Shown here: piece after piece, positions 1 through 12,100 of the stretch
Layout: each line of letters starts with the position of its first letter
Position numbering within the stretch: position 1 is the stretch's first letter
Source: Enoplolaimus lenunculus
Lineage: Eukaryota
Assembly: GCA_030248215.1 (NCBI GenBank)
Contig: JASANG010003984.1
Span: 248,001-312,000 of the forward strand
Reading direction: 5' to 3'
Length of the DNA stretch: 64,000 bases
The notes under the pieces: model-generated
Seen by the model: the letters and a program-made list of their open reading frames with translations, nothing else
Told to the model about the DNA's origin: nothing
The model's database searches: none
Position numbers and translations under genes: made by a program

Positions 1-271
1 CGCAGTTCGGTGCAGTCCGTCACCGCGCGTCAGTCGTACGGCGCCGTCCGTCACCGCGCGTCAGTCGTACGGCGCCGTCCGTCACCGCGCGTCAGTCGTA
101 CGGCGCCGTCCGTCACCGCGCGTCAGTCGTACGGCGCCGTCCGTCACCGCGCGTCAGTCGTACGGCGCCGTCCGTCACCGCGCGTCAGTCGTACGGCGCC
201 GTCCGTCACCGTGCGTCACCCCTACGGGTTACGGTCAGCGCCGCACGTCAAAAAAAGTATAGCGCAACCCT
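1..271. mobile_element. Family D MITE right part (terminus AAGTATAGCGCAACCCT) with internal 31-bp tandem array at 15-200
   Basis: Six copies of GTCCGTCACCGCGCGTCAGTCGTACGGCGCC; terminus is the reverse complement of AGGGTTGCGCTATAC at 5641. Confidence 0.85.
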
Positions 272-346
272 GGCCCCATCTCTGTCAGTATATGTGGACG
301 ATAAGTAGAGGTACAGCACAAATTGCCATACATATGCGCATATACC

Positions 347-802
347 CAAGGTGCGACCGGATATGAATTTACCGGATACCGGAACCGGATATTGAATTTT
401 ATACCGGAACAGGACCGGATACTGGATATTGTATGTATATGTTAAAATAATTTAATTTTCCGTTGTATTTTTAGCGTGCTCAAGGTTTTCGTCTGTTATA
501 AAATTCAACATTACTGCTGATACACGGAACTATTTTAATGCAAAAGTGGGTTTAACTCTCGCTCGCGTAGACAAGTTAAAAGTAGCTGAAGATTATCAAG
601 ACTTGAACATCTTCACATGCCCAGAAATGTTATCGCAGCAAGAAGTTAAAGGCGCTCACTTGTAAAAAGCTGTTTTATGATATTCGGCACCACAACCATA
701 AATATCCGGTATCTGGTAGGTTTATACCGGATACCAGAACCGGATACGGATATCAGTTTTTGCCGGATATTAAACCGGAGCCGAATATCCGGTCGCACCC
801 TG
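347..802. mobile_element. hAT-like MITE family A (CCGGATA-rich)
   Basis: TIR CA(A/G)GGTGCGACCGGATAT, perfect 8-bp TSD CATATACC (339-346, 803-810). Confidence 0.9.
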
Positions 803-1362
803 CATATACCGGAATATGAAGTTGTCGCAATCGACCACATGGTGTACTGGTAGCATGTTTGACTCCAATCTAAAACGGCCCAGATTCGATTCCCGGCATG
901 GTCGTTAACTTTAGGCAAAACTTCGATCATGGGTCGTACAGTGCGTATTTGAATACTCTGCTACCTCAAATATGGTATATCAGTCTAAAATTAGCACTAG
1001 CACAATTAAGGTTCCTTGTCTTGGACCGCCAGACAATCACGAACCGACGAACGAACCGAAGCTTAAAGATATCAAATTCGCTAACGGTTGTTATTCAAGA
1101 AGGTGCACAACTAAAAATAACTTTAACTGCGACACTTAGCAAATATTCAAATAACACACGATTAATCATTTTACTGAAGGTGTCAAAATTGTCGAACTCG
1201 CGTTGTGTTTAAGCTGTTTTATCACTTAATCAGCTGAACAAACACCGTTAAGCGAGCTTCAAATGAGCCATTTGTATCCCGAAATGGCTAACACGACAGC
1301 ATTGATAGGAACCTTACCGGCATCCCACTACATCTGGCTTACATCTAAAATATGATATGCCT

Positions 1363-1530
1363 CAGACCCGTTGCAAGCTCACCTTCCTAGGTGTGGGGGC
1401 AAAAATTTTCAGCAGCGGCATTTAAAGGTTTTCAATGATGCAAGCAGGGTTTAAAATCTTCTAGGGGGGCCAAAATGTTTCCAGGGGGGGCCTAAGTCCC
1501 CCTGCCCTCCCCTACTTCGCTACGGGCCCG
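1363..1530. mobile_element. hAT-like MITE family B (~165 bp, core AAAATTTTCAACCTTGCTTGTAAGTCATCGAAAACCCTTGTATGC). About 18 copies, near 1630, 3230, 4317, 9592, 10678, 14511, 18465, 23405, 23810, 26245, 26840, 31387, 31763, 38825, 47420, 57440, 58565
   Basis: Perfect 8-bp TSD ATATGCCT, GCCCGTAGC-type TIRs, core recurs in both orientations. Confidence 0.9.
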
Positions 1531-3892
1531 ATATGCCTTCACAAGCGGCGCGGAACTAGTTTAAATAGTTGGCGCTAAATATAACTCAAAATATTTTGAA
1601 GAAATTAAAACTCAAGTGGTGATCAAAGCGGGCCCATAGCTATACAGGAAACATTTTGCCCTTCCTAGAAAATTTTCAACCTTGCTTATAAATCATCGAA
1701 AACCCTTGTATGCTCCTCTTGAAAAATTTGTTAGCTTCCCCTAGCAAAGTGAGCTAGCTACCAGCCTGGATCACAGCTAACGTTTCGTAAACCATAAGCA
1801 TAACTCAGACGGGGCCCATATGCTGTCAAATGGTATTACTGTGGACGCTTTGCATCACTTGGTCCACCATCTACAAGACGTAAAACTTCACATTAAGTTC
1901 TATTATCTTTCTTCATAAGCTCATCTGCCTATTTTACCTATACCGACACTAATACCATAGCTAGGACGTTTTCAATTAATAATTGATATCTGGAAGAGAC
2001 ATAGGTTGTCGACGTAGTTTTCTGGTTCAGTATAGTTGAACAACCAGTCACAGCTATTCCCCAGCAGTCAGGCATTTACGATGGCAATTTCTACGAATTT
2101 TACAGGCAAATTGGTGCGACCCAAACCGCGAGGATAAAAGGATAAAGCCAAGACGAACGAAATAACTTGGTAAGTTTAAAGCTTGACGAGTCTCACGCCG
2201 CCGCTGATAAGTTGTCTGGTAAACGATGGTAAAGTATAAGCATTTACCGGAAGGTTATGGGATAGTGTAAGTTGTATTAAACGTACACTCAAAATAACAT
2301 TTCTGATATTTAAGAAAAAATTTTCATACATTTGAGAAATATGATTTGCAAGGTGCACTAGATAAGTATTTCTGTTATAACAGAAATGTTTTCAAAAAAC
2401 GTTTTGAAATAAAGTCTGAAAATAAACGTTTTCCAGTTATTTTAAAAAAAAATAACTGTCTTAAATATCAGCAAAACTTTTCAGATTTGCCGCCGAAAAC
2501 ACTTTTCTGAATAAATTCAGAAACACTTTTTTGTGTGTATGTCGAAAATTATACAGCATTCACAGGTGTACACATGTAATAACACAGGTTCGGGCCAGCG
2601 ATCGAAGCTGCTTACGGCCTTGTGGGGTCTCGAATGTATAATCGAGTACACAGAAAATACGGATGAATAAATATTTTCCGCTTAAATAAAAAAAACAAGC
2701 CAGATAATAAACAACTTTTACGTTGACACTATTTCTAGTCTTCCAATTTGTCATGGCCGACCATAAAAATACAGCTACTGCCCATTGTGGTTCCAGGTTA
2801 ATCTATTATCGGACATGCTTTTATTTGGTATTATGTATTTTTAAAGACATCGCATAATTACTTAGCTAGTGAAAAAACGTATAACGATAATAATATCGAA
2901 TTACACACTAAATAGTGCTTACGGCTAAGGTATGCTAATGAAATGTTAGCTTATAACAAAGGCGGCCAATGTTACTTTTAGGGGCGTAACAGTAGATTAA
3001 GCGTATTCCAATTCCTAAGCCGAAGTCGAAGCCTAAGCAAATAATTGTAATATCCACACTGGTAAAAGGTTCGTCTTTAGATGAAACGATTTTAATATTC
3101 TATGATTTAGCAAAATTCCAATCCTTTATCAAACGGAAATTCTCATCGCTAAACCATTTGAAATTTAGTCAAAAAATATTTATGCTGTATTTAAAAACTG
3201 TAAAATTGCAAAACGCGAAAAACAAAGGATCATACAAGGGTATTTTGATGACTTACAAGCAAGGCGGTAAATTTTCTATGAAACGCCAACACTTTTTCGG
3301 GGGAGAGAGGTTGGGCACCCCCCCTCGGCCTCTTCTGGCTACGGTTCTCGACTGTAGTATTGAAGTATCAACGATTTGCCAATAATATGGTCAAATATAT
3401 TATTTTAATCAACTTTTCAAAGCAGGCTTAGATCAAACCAGAATTCTTAGGACACTGCGTAACCAGGAAAAACCTTAAAAAGTCAAAACTTTCCGAAAAA
3501 CATTAATAAAACCGGAAATGTGACTTTTCGGATAAACAACCAGTACACGTTCTCGAAACCAGGTTTAGGCAAATCGTTCTAAAATAAGTTGAAACAGTTT
3601 AGAACCGGAAATGAACCTAACACCGGAGCGAAAACCAAATTGCGGTGCTGGTATGAAAAGTTTTCAAGCGTTTGAATATGCCGAGATATACGCATGAATA
3701 GGCGAGTTAACCTTTTCTTGCATGAATATTTTCTATTTCATCTGAGACTAAATGTCAAGCTATGATTAAATTCGAGACTATGAAAACAAAGGCCTTTATG
3801 ACAACCGGTAGAATATAAACAGTTGGCGATTTCGAATATTGGTGGTAAAGTTAATAATTGTTAAATATTGACCGTTGTTTTCTGTTTCTTTC

Positions 3893-4204
3893 GGTATCAC
3901 GACAATTCGTCGCCCGACAATTCGTCGCCCGACAACTCGTCGCCCGACAACTCGTCGCCCGACAACTCGTCGCCCGACAACTCGTCGCCCGACAACTCGT
4001 CGCCAGACAACTCGTCGCCCGACAACTCGTCGCCCGATAAGTTGTAATCCGAAATTTCATCCACTTGACAATTAGTCAACCATCATTATGGTGTTAGGCT
4101 TAAGTTTAGGATTACGATTACGCACAGGATTTGAAATTATATATTAATCGGCTTTAGAACACTGTTGGTCAACAAGTTGTCGGGCGACGAACTGTCTTAG
4201 ATTC
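3893..4204. mobile_element. Family E TIR element (ACGACAATTCGTCGCCCGACAA) with degenerate TTAGGC core and 15-bp tandem array at ~3900-4040
   Basis: About 9 copies of CGACAA(C/T)TCGTCGCC; inverted TTGTCGGGCGACGAA at the other end; other copies near 11460, 15109, 17597, 22935, 43971, 45937, 54330, 59863, 62509. Confidence 0.85.
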
Positions 4205-4957
4205 ACTTCGCACAGTAGTTACTGATAGTAATCTCTGTGGGGAAAGTGTTAAAAAACCCCAAGTCTTACAACATTATTCATAAAGCGTTCAACTTGCAAA
4301 ATAACAAACATATCGCGCCCGTAGCCAAAGGGGTCGGCCAAAAGGGCTCAGCTTCATCTGAAACAATTTTGCCCTCCCCCCGGTAACAAATTTCAACCTT
4401 GCTTGTAAGGTATCGAAAACCCTTGTATGCTCATCCTGAAAAATACTTAACGTCCCTAGCAAGGTGAGCTGGCTACGGGCTCCAAAATAGATCCAAATCA
4501 ATTGCATCCTGCATGGGATGAGCAACTTGAACCTGACTGAAATTGCCCTTTGCCAAACAAATACACCAAAAACGAGCACCGAACAACAAAGGTTTTGTGA
4601 TACCGGGGTAGGAAAATAAAAATCATTTAAGTAAACAAACCTAAAAGCCAAGATGTGGATACACAATTTTCTGGTTTACATATCCTTTTTGATCCTCTGT
4701 TTAGAAACCGTAACCAGCTTAATATGCTAGGAGCGTTCAAACCCTGTAACTGATTTGCACTCGAGTTTGAAATTTTCAGTTGAAGGAAGGCAAAATTTGA
4801 CTTCGGAGTTGGGGCTAAGCTGTTGAGTCCCGTGTTCGATTTTGAGTATCGAGTTCAGTGTGAATATCGCAAGAATTACTCATTGCACGGGAAAGTATAA
4901 AAAATCGAACAGACATTTAATTTTTAAGGTTTTTAGCCAAAAAAAGTTTTCACTCAC

Positions 4958-5100
4958 CTTTTCGTCTTGGACCCCAAGCGGGATTGGCTTCGAAACACAT
5001 AATCGTACGCGACCTTTTGCTACCGTTTTCAGAGCGTTCACTGCAGTATCAAGTGGAACATTACGGACGTCGATGTTGTTAATTAAAAGAAGCCGGTCTC
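4958..5100 (-). CDS. mpz-1: Exon o: [48 protein letters not shown]
   Basis: TTTCAG acceptor, GTGAGT donor, 143 nt, phase 1/0. Confidence 0.95.
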
Positions 5101-8100
5101 CTGAAATGAGAAAATCAAACCAAAAAAGATAATTTTGAAATTTTTTCAAATTCCCAAAATAACTATTTTAAAACTTTGGTAATTCAAATGTTAATAAAAA
5201 CTGTTATTTATTCACGATTAAAAGTTTTCAGATACCACAATTACCATTGTGTATTACGGTTGAATTACCGAATTACCAAAATGTAGGCACAAATTATGTC
5301 AGATTTATAAAATCTGACATAAATTATCAGTCAAATGAACAAGTAGGCTCGAAGCGAAAATTTCAAATTGATCTGAATATAGAATATAGAACGAATCAGA
5401 TTTTGATTTGGTTGCAAAAATTAGGGTATCGGGTTTTGAAGATAAATATTTGTTCTGGACGTTGAAATGCGGAAAAAATAATCCGTTGATCCATTGATTA
5501 AGGGGGGGGGGTTAATGCTTTCAAAAAGATGCCTCACGAGCCCCACCCGCCAGCGCTGAACAGTCTGGGATCAAGTGGGCGTTAAGTCCACTACTCAATT
5601 GTGTGGACTTATTCTGCTGCTGATAAAGCTGTGCAGATTTAGGGTTGCGCTATACTTGTCGTACGGTACCGTTCGTCACCGCTCGGCGCCGTCCGTCATC
5701 GTGTGGTATAGTACGCACGCGAGTTACTCATGTACGATACTGTGTGGTCACGGCCGGTGACGGACGGCGACGTGCGGGTGACAAATGGCGACGTAAGGGT
5801 GACAAATGGCGACGTAAGGGTGACAAATGGCGACGTAAGGGTGACAAATGGCGACGTAAGGGTGACAAACGGCGGCGTAAGGGTGACAAATGGCGACGTA
5901 AGGGTGACAAACGGCGGCGTAAGGGTGACAAATGGCGACGTAAGGGTGACAAACGGCGGCGTAAGGGTGACAAATGGCGACGTAAGGGTGACAAACGGCG
6001 GCGTAAGGGTGACAAACGGCGGCGTAAGGGTGACAAATGGCGACGTAAGGGTGACAAATGGCGACGTAAGGGTGACAAACGGCGGCGTAAGGGTGACAAA
6101 TGGCGACGTAAGGGTGACAAACGGCGGCCTAAGGGTGACAAATGGCGACGTAAGGGTGACAAATGGCGACGTAAGGGTGACAAACGGCGGCGTAAGGGTG
6201 ACAAACGGCGGCGTAACGTAAGGGTGACAAACGTAAGGGTGACAATGGGCGTAAGGGTGACAAACGGCGGCGTAAGGGTGACAAATGGCGACGTAAGGGT
6301 GACAAACGGCGGCGTAAGGGTGACAAATGGCGACGTAAGGGTGACAAACGGCGGCGTAAGGGTGACAAATGGCGACGTAAGGGTGACAAACGGCGGCGTA
6401 AGGGTGACAAATGGCGACGTAAGGGTGACAAACGGCGGCGTAAGGGTGACAAGTGGCGGCGTAAGGGTGACAAACGGCGGCGTAAGAGTGACAAAAAACA
6501 AATGGCGGCGTAAGGGTGACAAACGGCGGCGTAAGGGTGACAAATGGCGACGTAAGGGTGACAAACGGCGGCCTAAGGGTGACAAATGGCGGCGTAAGGG
6601 TGACAAACGGCGGCGTAAGGGTGACAAATGGCGACGTAAGGGTGACAAACGGCGGCGTAAGGGTGACAAATGGCGACGTAAGGGTGACAAACGGCGGCGT
6701 AAGGGTGACAAACACGTAAGGGTCACAAACGGCGCCGTAAGGGTGACAAATGGCGACGTAAGGGTGACAAACGGCGGCGTAAGGGTGACAAACGGCGGCG
6801 TAAGGGTGACAAACGGCGGCGTAAGGGTGACAAACGGCGGCGTAAGGGTGACAAACGGCGGCGTAAGGGTGACAAACGGCGGCGTAAGGGTGACAAACGG
6901 CGGCGTAAGGGTGACAAACGGCGGCGTAAGGGTGACAAATGGCGACGTAAGGGTGACAAACGGCGGCCGAAGGGTGTCAAATGTCGACGTAAGGGTGACA
7001 AACGGCGCGAAGGGACGTAAGGGTGACAAATGGCGCGTAAGGGTGACTAACGGCGGCGTAAGTGTGACAAATGGCGACGTAAGGGTGACAAACGGCGGCG
7101 TAAGAGTGACAAATGGCGACGTAAGGGTGACAAACGGCGGCGTAAGGGTGACAAACGGCGGCGTAAGAGTGACAAATGGCGACGTAAGGGTGACAAACGG
7201 CGGCGTAAGAGTGACAAATGGCGACGTAAGGGTGACAAACGGCGGCGTAAGGGTGACAAACGGCGGCGTAAGAGTGACAAATGGCGACGTAAGGGTGACG
7301 GACGGCGACGGACGGCATTGATACATACTAAACCAGTCCGGTTTGTCGACTTAAGTTTCACTCGATTCGAGTGTTTATTTCAGTTTTGCTGAAACATTAA
7401 CATTTATCCACGCTGTGTAACTTTAGTCACGGTTTTAATCGGTGTTTTGGCCAATGATAAAACAGGGCCGGAACAGTAATACAATCATATTTCTAAGCCT
7501 AAGCCTAAGCCTAAGCCTTAGCGTAAGGATAAGCGTATTCCTAAGCCTAAGCCTAGGCCTAGGCCTAAGCCTAAGCCTAAGCCTAAGCCTCAGCGTAAGT
7601 ATAAGCGTATTCCTAAGCCTAAGCCTAAGCCTAAGCCTAAGCAAAAAATTAGTCTAAAGCTTAAACTGACTCTATTACAGCCCCTCCGGAAAACGATCCG
7701 GTCCTGTTCTATACATGGGCCGGTGTTTTTATACGGCGAAAATTTAAACGCTTCAATTTTTTTAATCCGCCAATCAAAATTTACCTGGAATCAATCGTCC
7801 ATCAAGTGCGGCAGCGCCACCGGGAACAAGTGACCGGACCACCGTGACTGTTTCCGACGGCCTCAACGGATCCTGAAAAATAAAATTAAAAATTAAATTT
7901 GACAAAAAACTAAAAAAAGTTAAGTATCTATTTCTGTAGATCATCAGAGTTTCCGGAACTTACTGAATTATCAAGTAAAATCTTGTATCAAATTTCGAAA
8001 AATTTTCGATCCTAACCAACCTAGAAAATTTTTAATACTGCAGCGATAAATTTCTCGTCTCTAAAACATTTTTTCTCTACATATATACCTATAAAAAGAT

Positions 8101-9038
8101 CTAGTGATACCCAGAGGGCGGAAGCGGATGCACATCCTTACACATAACTACCGGTATCAACGTACAGTAGATTTATAATTGATAATGGCTGTGTTTCCGA
8201 AACCCTTCTTAAGTACGACTTAGTACTTAAGTACGTCCTAAGTAATTACTTAACGATTTTATCGTTTTTAAAAGCGTGGCTAAGTTAAGTAAATACTTAA
8301 GTCGCTGACTAAATTTGATAGATTGCAAATTTACAATTCAGGCATACTAACTTTAGTCTAATTGAAATTGTAGGATCATGATTCGTCCTTAATATAAAGC
8401 AAAACTATTACTTTCTTGTTATCACAATGGCTGACGTTTGGCATTTATTTGATTTTGCTCGAAATTTAAGCATTTACTTAAATAGTCAACTTAAGTTATT
8501 ACTACTTAAGTATAACTTAAGTAAATACTTAAGTACGACTTCAAAAACCCAGCCGTTATGAACTAATATTAGTTGTCTTTACGCCTTCAGATCCTCTCTA
8601 GCTATATTAAAATGTCAAATTACTGAAACATTTCAAAAAACTTGACTTCTCCCACTAAGGTAGGCTTACGTCACGGTGCGACCGGACATTAATATACCGG
8701 ATACCGGAACTGGATACGGATATCGGTTTTATGCCGGACATTAACCCGTATCCTGATATCCGGTCGCACCTTGCACGATTTTGCATTGCGTCGGTTCATC
8801 CGTACCTGATAATCAACAACACTAAACCCAAGACCTCGGTCGCCTTTGACCAACTCGATCGTAACGGTTTCATCGGACCAAACGGCCAGTCCAGTAAGCG
8901 GTTCCAAGGATCTAGACCGTAGCCTGCGTGCTACTTCTGTCAGAAGACCTAAAATATCCATAGATTTAAAAGAGTATCAGCTTCCTAAAACTGAAATCAC
9001 TGCATTAGCAAAACAAGCTTCAAAGATTTTGCAGGGTG

Positions 9039-9069
<31 letters not shown>

Positions 9070-9110
9070 CTAAATAAATAAATAAATAAATAAATATATA
9101 AATAAACAAA

Positions 9111-9153
<43 letters not shown>

Positions 9154-12100
9154 ATTGAATCTAAGCTTGCCTATCCCAAATCGTACACAGTACTTTTGTC
9201 CAATTTAAAATGAAACAACTTTTTAATTTCAGTGCCAAGGTGAAACTATTTGCAGGCGCCGCTGAATCCATATTTGGCGGTGGTCCTGTACTGGTAGCAA
9301 GGTTATTAAAGCTAAATAGCATACCTGTAGTTTCGTCTTCGCTGCTTCTAGAATGACCATTAGGCGGTTTCAGTGGCTTATGCCTTGAAACAGCTGATAA
9401 AGTGATATCTGATTTTGACTAAAATATAATAACACAATAATTGCTGGTATATTTCTCGCTATGGGCATATTTACATAAATTCATAACTCAGATTTGGGTT
9501 AATTAGAAAATCTGTTTAAAACATATAAGCAATATTTACTGAATTTCAAATTGTTTTTCCTCAAATCATAATATTATGTACCATAAGGGCACGCCCGTAG
9601 CCAGCCCACCTTGCAGAGGATTTAAAAAAATTTTCAGGAGGGGCATACAAGGGTTTTCGATGACCTACAAGCAAGGTTGACAATTCTCTAGGGTGGAGTG
9701 GAATTCTTGCAAAAGAGCTGAGCCCCCTGGCCTCCTGTGGTTTTACAGGACTGCGTCAGGCGTGGGTGGAGTCATCTGGTCTACCGGAAAAATGCCCAGT
9801 GGGTCGTTGAGAATTTGGTTCACTCACCCAAATGAAACAAATTTGGTTATGTAATCCTTTTTCTAGATAGTCACTGGAGGGGCCAGTTTATACCAAATGC
9901 CAGGGTTGATTTTTAGTACCTGACCGCTCTTGTGTACCATTGGTTTACTGATTAAATTTCTAGTCCGTCACTTGTTCAGAATTTTAAACAAAACCAGAAA
10001 TTCAAAACAGATTTCTAAGGTTATTGTCTATTTTTAGTAGGCGGTGCCGAAATTTACAATCGGATTAATTTTTTAACCCAAAATCTAACTAAATCTCCCT
10101 GCACTGTAGGCTATGGACTCGTAAACTTGGCAATTTAGGCTCAGGCTTACGATTTAGGCTTAAATAAATATACTGAATTGAGCGCACATACCTTGACAAG
10201 TCTTTCAGGCATATAACCAGCGGTCCCAGTTGTAACAGTAGGGCATCTGAGCATTATCGATCCGGATGGCCCGTACTGATTCGCGACATCAAACGACGAT
10301 GGCATATAAAGCGCACCCGGCGGATATACAGATGATATCCGCTGTCTGCCGACAATTAACCGGATATAAAGCGGTTGTTCTCGGAGGATGTCCACGACTT
10401 CCATATGGCCAAGTCCGTAGAGCGCGATTTCGTTGACCTGAAACAATAATCATTTAATTTATATATGTCGTAGCTCAACCTGCTGTTCAGGCCAATTACC
10501 GGTTGCTAACTGTCGAAAAAAGAGTTTTAACGGCATGGAAACTCAACAAGGGGTGAAGAAATTGGCAAAACGTCAAACTTTGGTTTGCATCTGCCCGCAG
10601 AGGTATATTTGATGCCACCTTATTGATGACAACAAACATTTTTGAATATTACACACATATAAAATATGTTCAAGCAGTCCCGTCCAGCTCACCCAGCTAC
10701 GGGGGACGCTAAACGTGTTTCAGGAAGGGGGTACAAGAAGTTTCAATGACTTTTACAAGCACGGTTGAAAATTTTCAAGGATGAAGAATTGTTCCAGGCG
10801 GGCTCAGCCCCCCCCCCCCTGGCCCTTTTTGGCTACAGGCATGTATTGGCAAATATAGCAACCATTTTCGCTGGTATAAGGCCGACCAATGCAGCGTTGG
10901 AGCGATGTGCTACACATGGACCCGAAGAAGATGGATGGCATCCTGAATATGCCGTGGACAGAGTCAAATGGCGTCAAAAATCCAAAAGAGCCGACCCCAA
11001 CTAGGGACAAAGGCCGAAGAAGATAAAGAAGGAGACATATATACAATTGTATTGTACATTATGCAGCTAATACTTAAAATAAAGAAAAAATACCTGCAAA
11101 AGTTCGTCTCCAATTCGAAGAGAGCCGCACTTTGCCGCAGGGGTATCAGGAGTGATCGATCTAATATAATGATGTGGTCGAACCTCCTGACCGTCTTCTT
11201 CAACGTCAACCGTGCCCTCTAACGAGAGTCCCAAGCTTGTTGCATCGTTTCGGGTAAACGAAGCTATCTGAAATACCAAATGGCTCTTCTAGCAATTTTT
11301 CTCACACGGCTACTACTTTACATGTGCTTAATTTTCCAGGGATTCGAATCCTACTTTGAAATTAGATATCAGTATCAGCTACCTTTTTTGCATAGTGTAC
11401 GGTGTGCAACTCAGCGCTATCTGTGCACGAGAAATACCTAATGTACAATACACTACAGATCCACAATTTCACATCGACTCGACAATTCGTCGCCCATCAT
11501 TATACACAGGCTCAAGCTTACACTTAGGATTACACTTATGATTATGCTTACATTGATTCGCTTGATTTAGGACACTGTTGGGGGACAAGATGTCAGGCGA
11601 CCAATTACCGTAGCTTCGTCGGTCGCTACGGTTGCTAAACTGCACAAAATCACTTACCACAATATCAAAATCTGGCCCCATCACTTTGGCCCATTGCGAT
11701 TTGAGTGCGTTCAATGCGGCAACTTCAGGTTCGATTGGTTCAGGCGGAGACGAACACGGACGACGACGTTGGCCGGCTGGCGACGATTGGTCATGGTCTG
11801 AGTGATCATCTATAAATTCAAATAGAATGGTTAATAGATGGACTCATCGGGGAAAAAGCGGCTAAAATATTGCTTCTTAGCATAGAATTGGCAGCTCATG
11901 CTACTTTAAGGAGCGTCCAGGTTTCCGGTGGGTCGATGAAATAGTAGGTTTAGATTCTAGATTACATTTTTATTGCTAAGGGCTTACGCTTACGCTTAGG
12001 TTTAGGCTTAGGAATTCATTTTTGCAACGCTTAGGCTTAGGCTTAGGAATACGCTTAATCTACGGTTACGCCCATTAAAGTAACATTGGCCGAATTGGCT

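Noticed and set aside
3851..4079. Pentapeptide-repeat ORFs (RQLVA, LSGDE, RATSC)
   Set aside because: They come from the 15-bp tandem repeat at a family E end.
3893..4204. Helitron/Helentron (DINE-like) identity for family E
   Set aside because: A clear 9-bp TSD at the 62509 copy favours a cut-and-paste element. Not fully excluded, because other copies have poor TSDs.
5645..7361. Long ORFs up to 558 aa (RRKGDKW, VRVTNGG, FVTLTPP repeats)
   Set aside because: They are translations of a 21-bp satellite, open in several frames on both strands, inside an intron.
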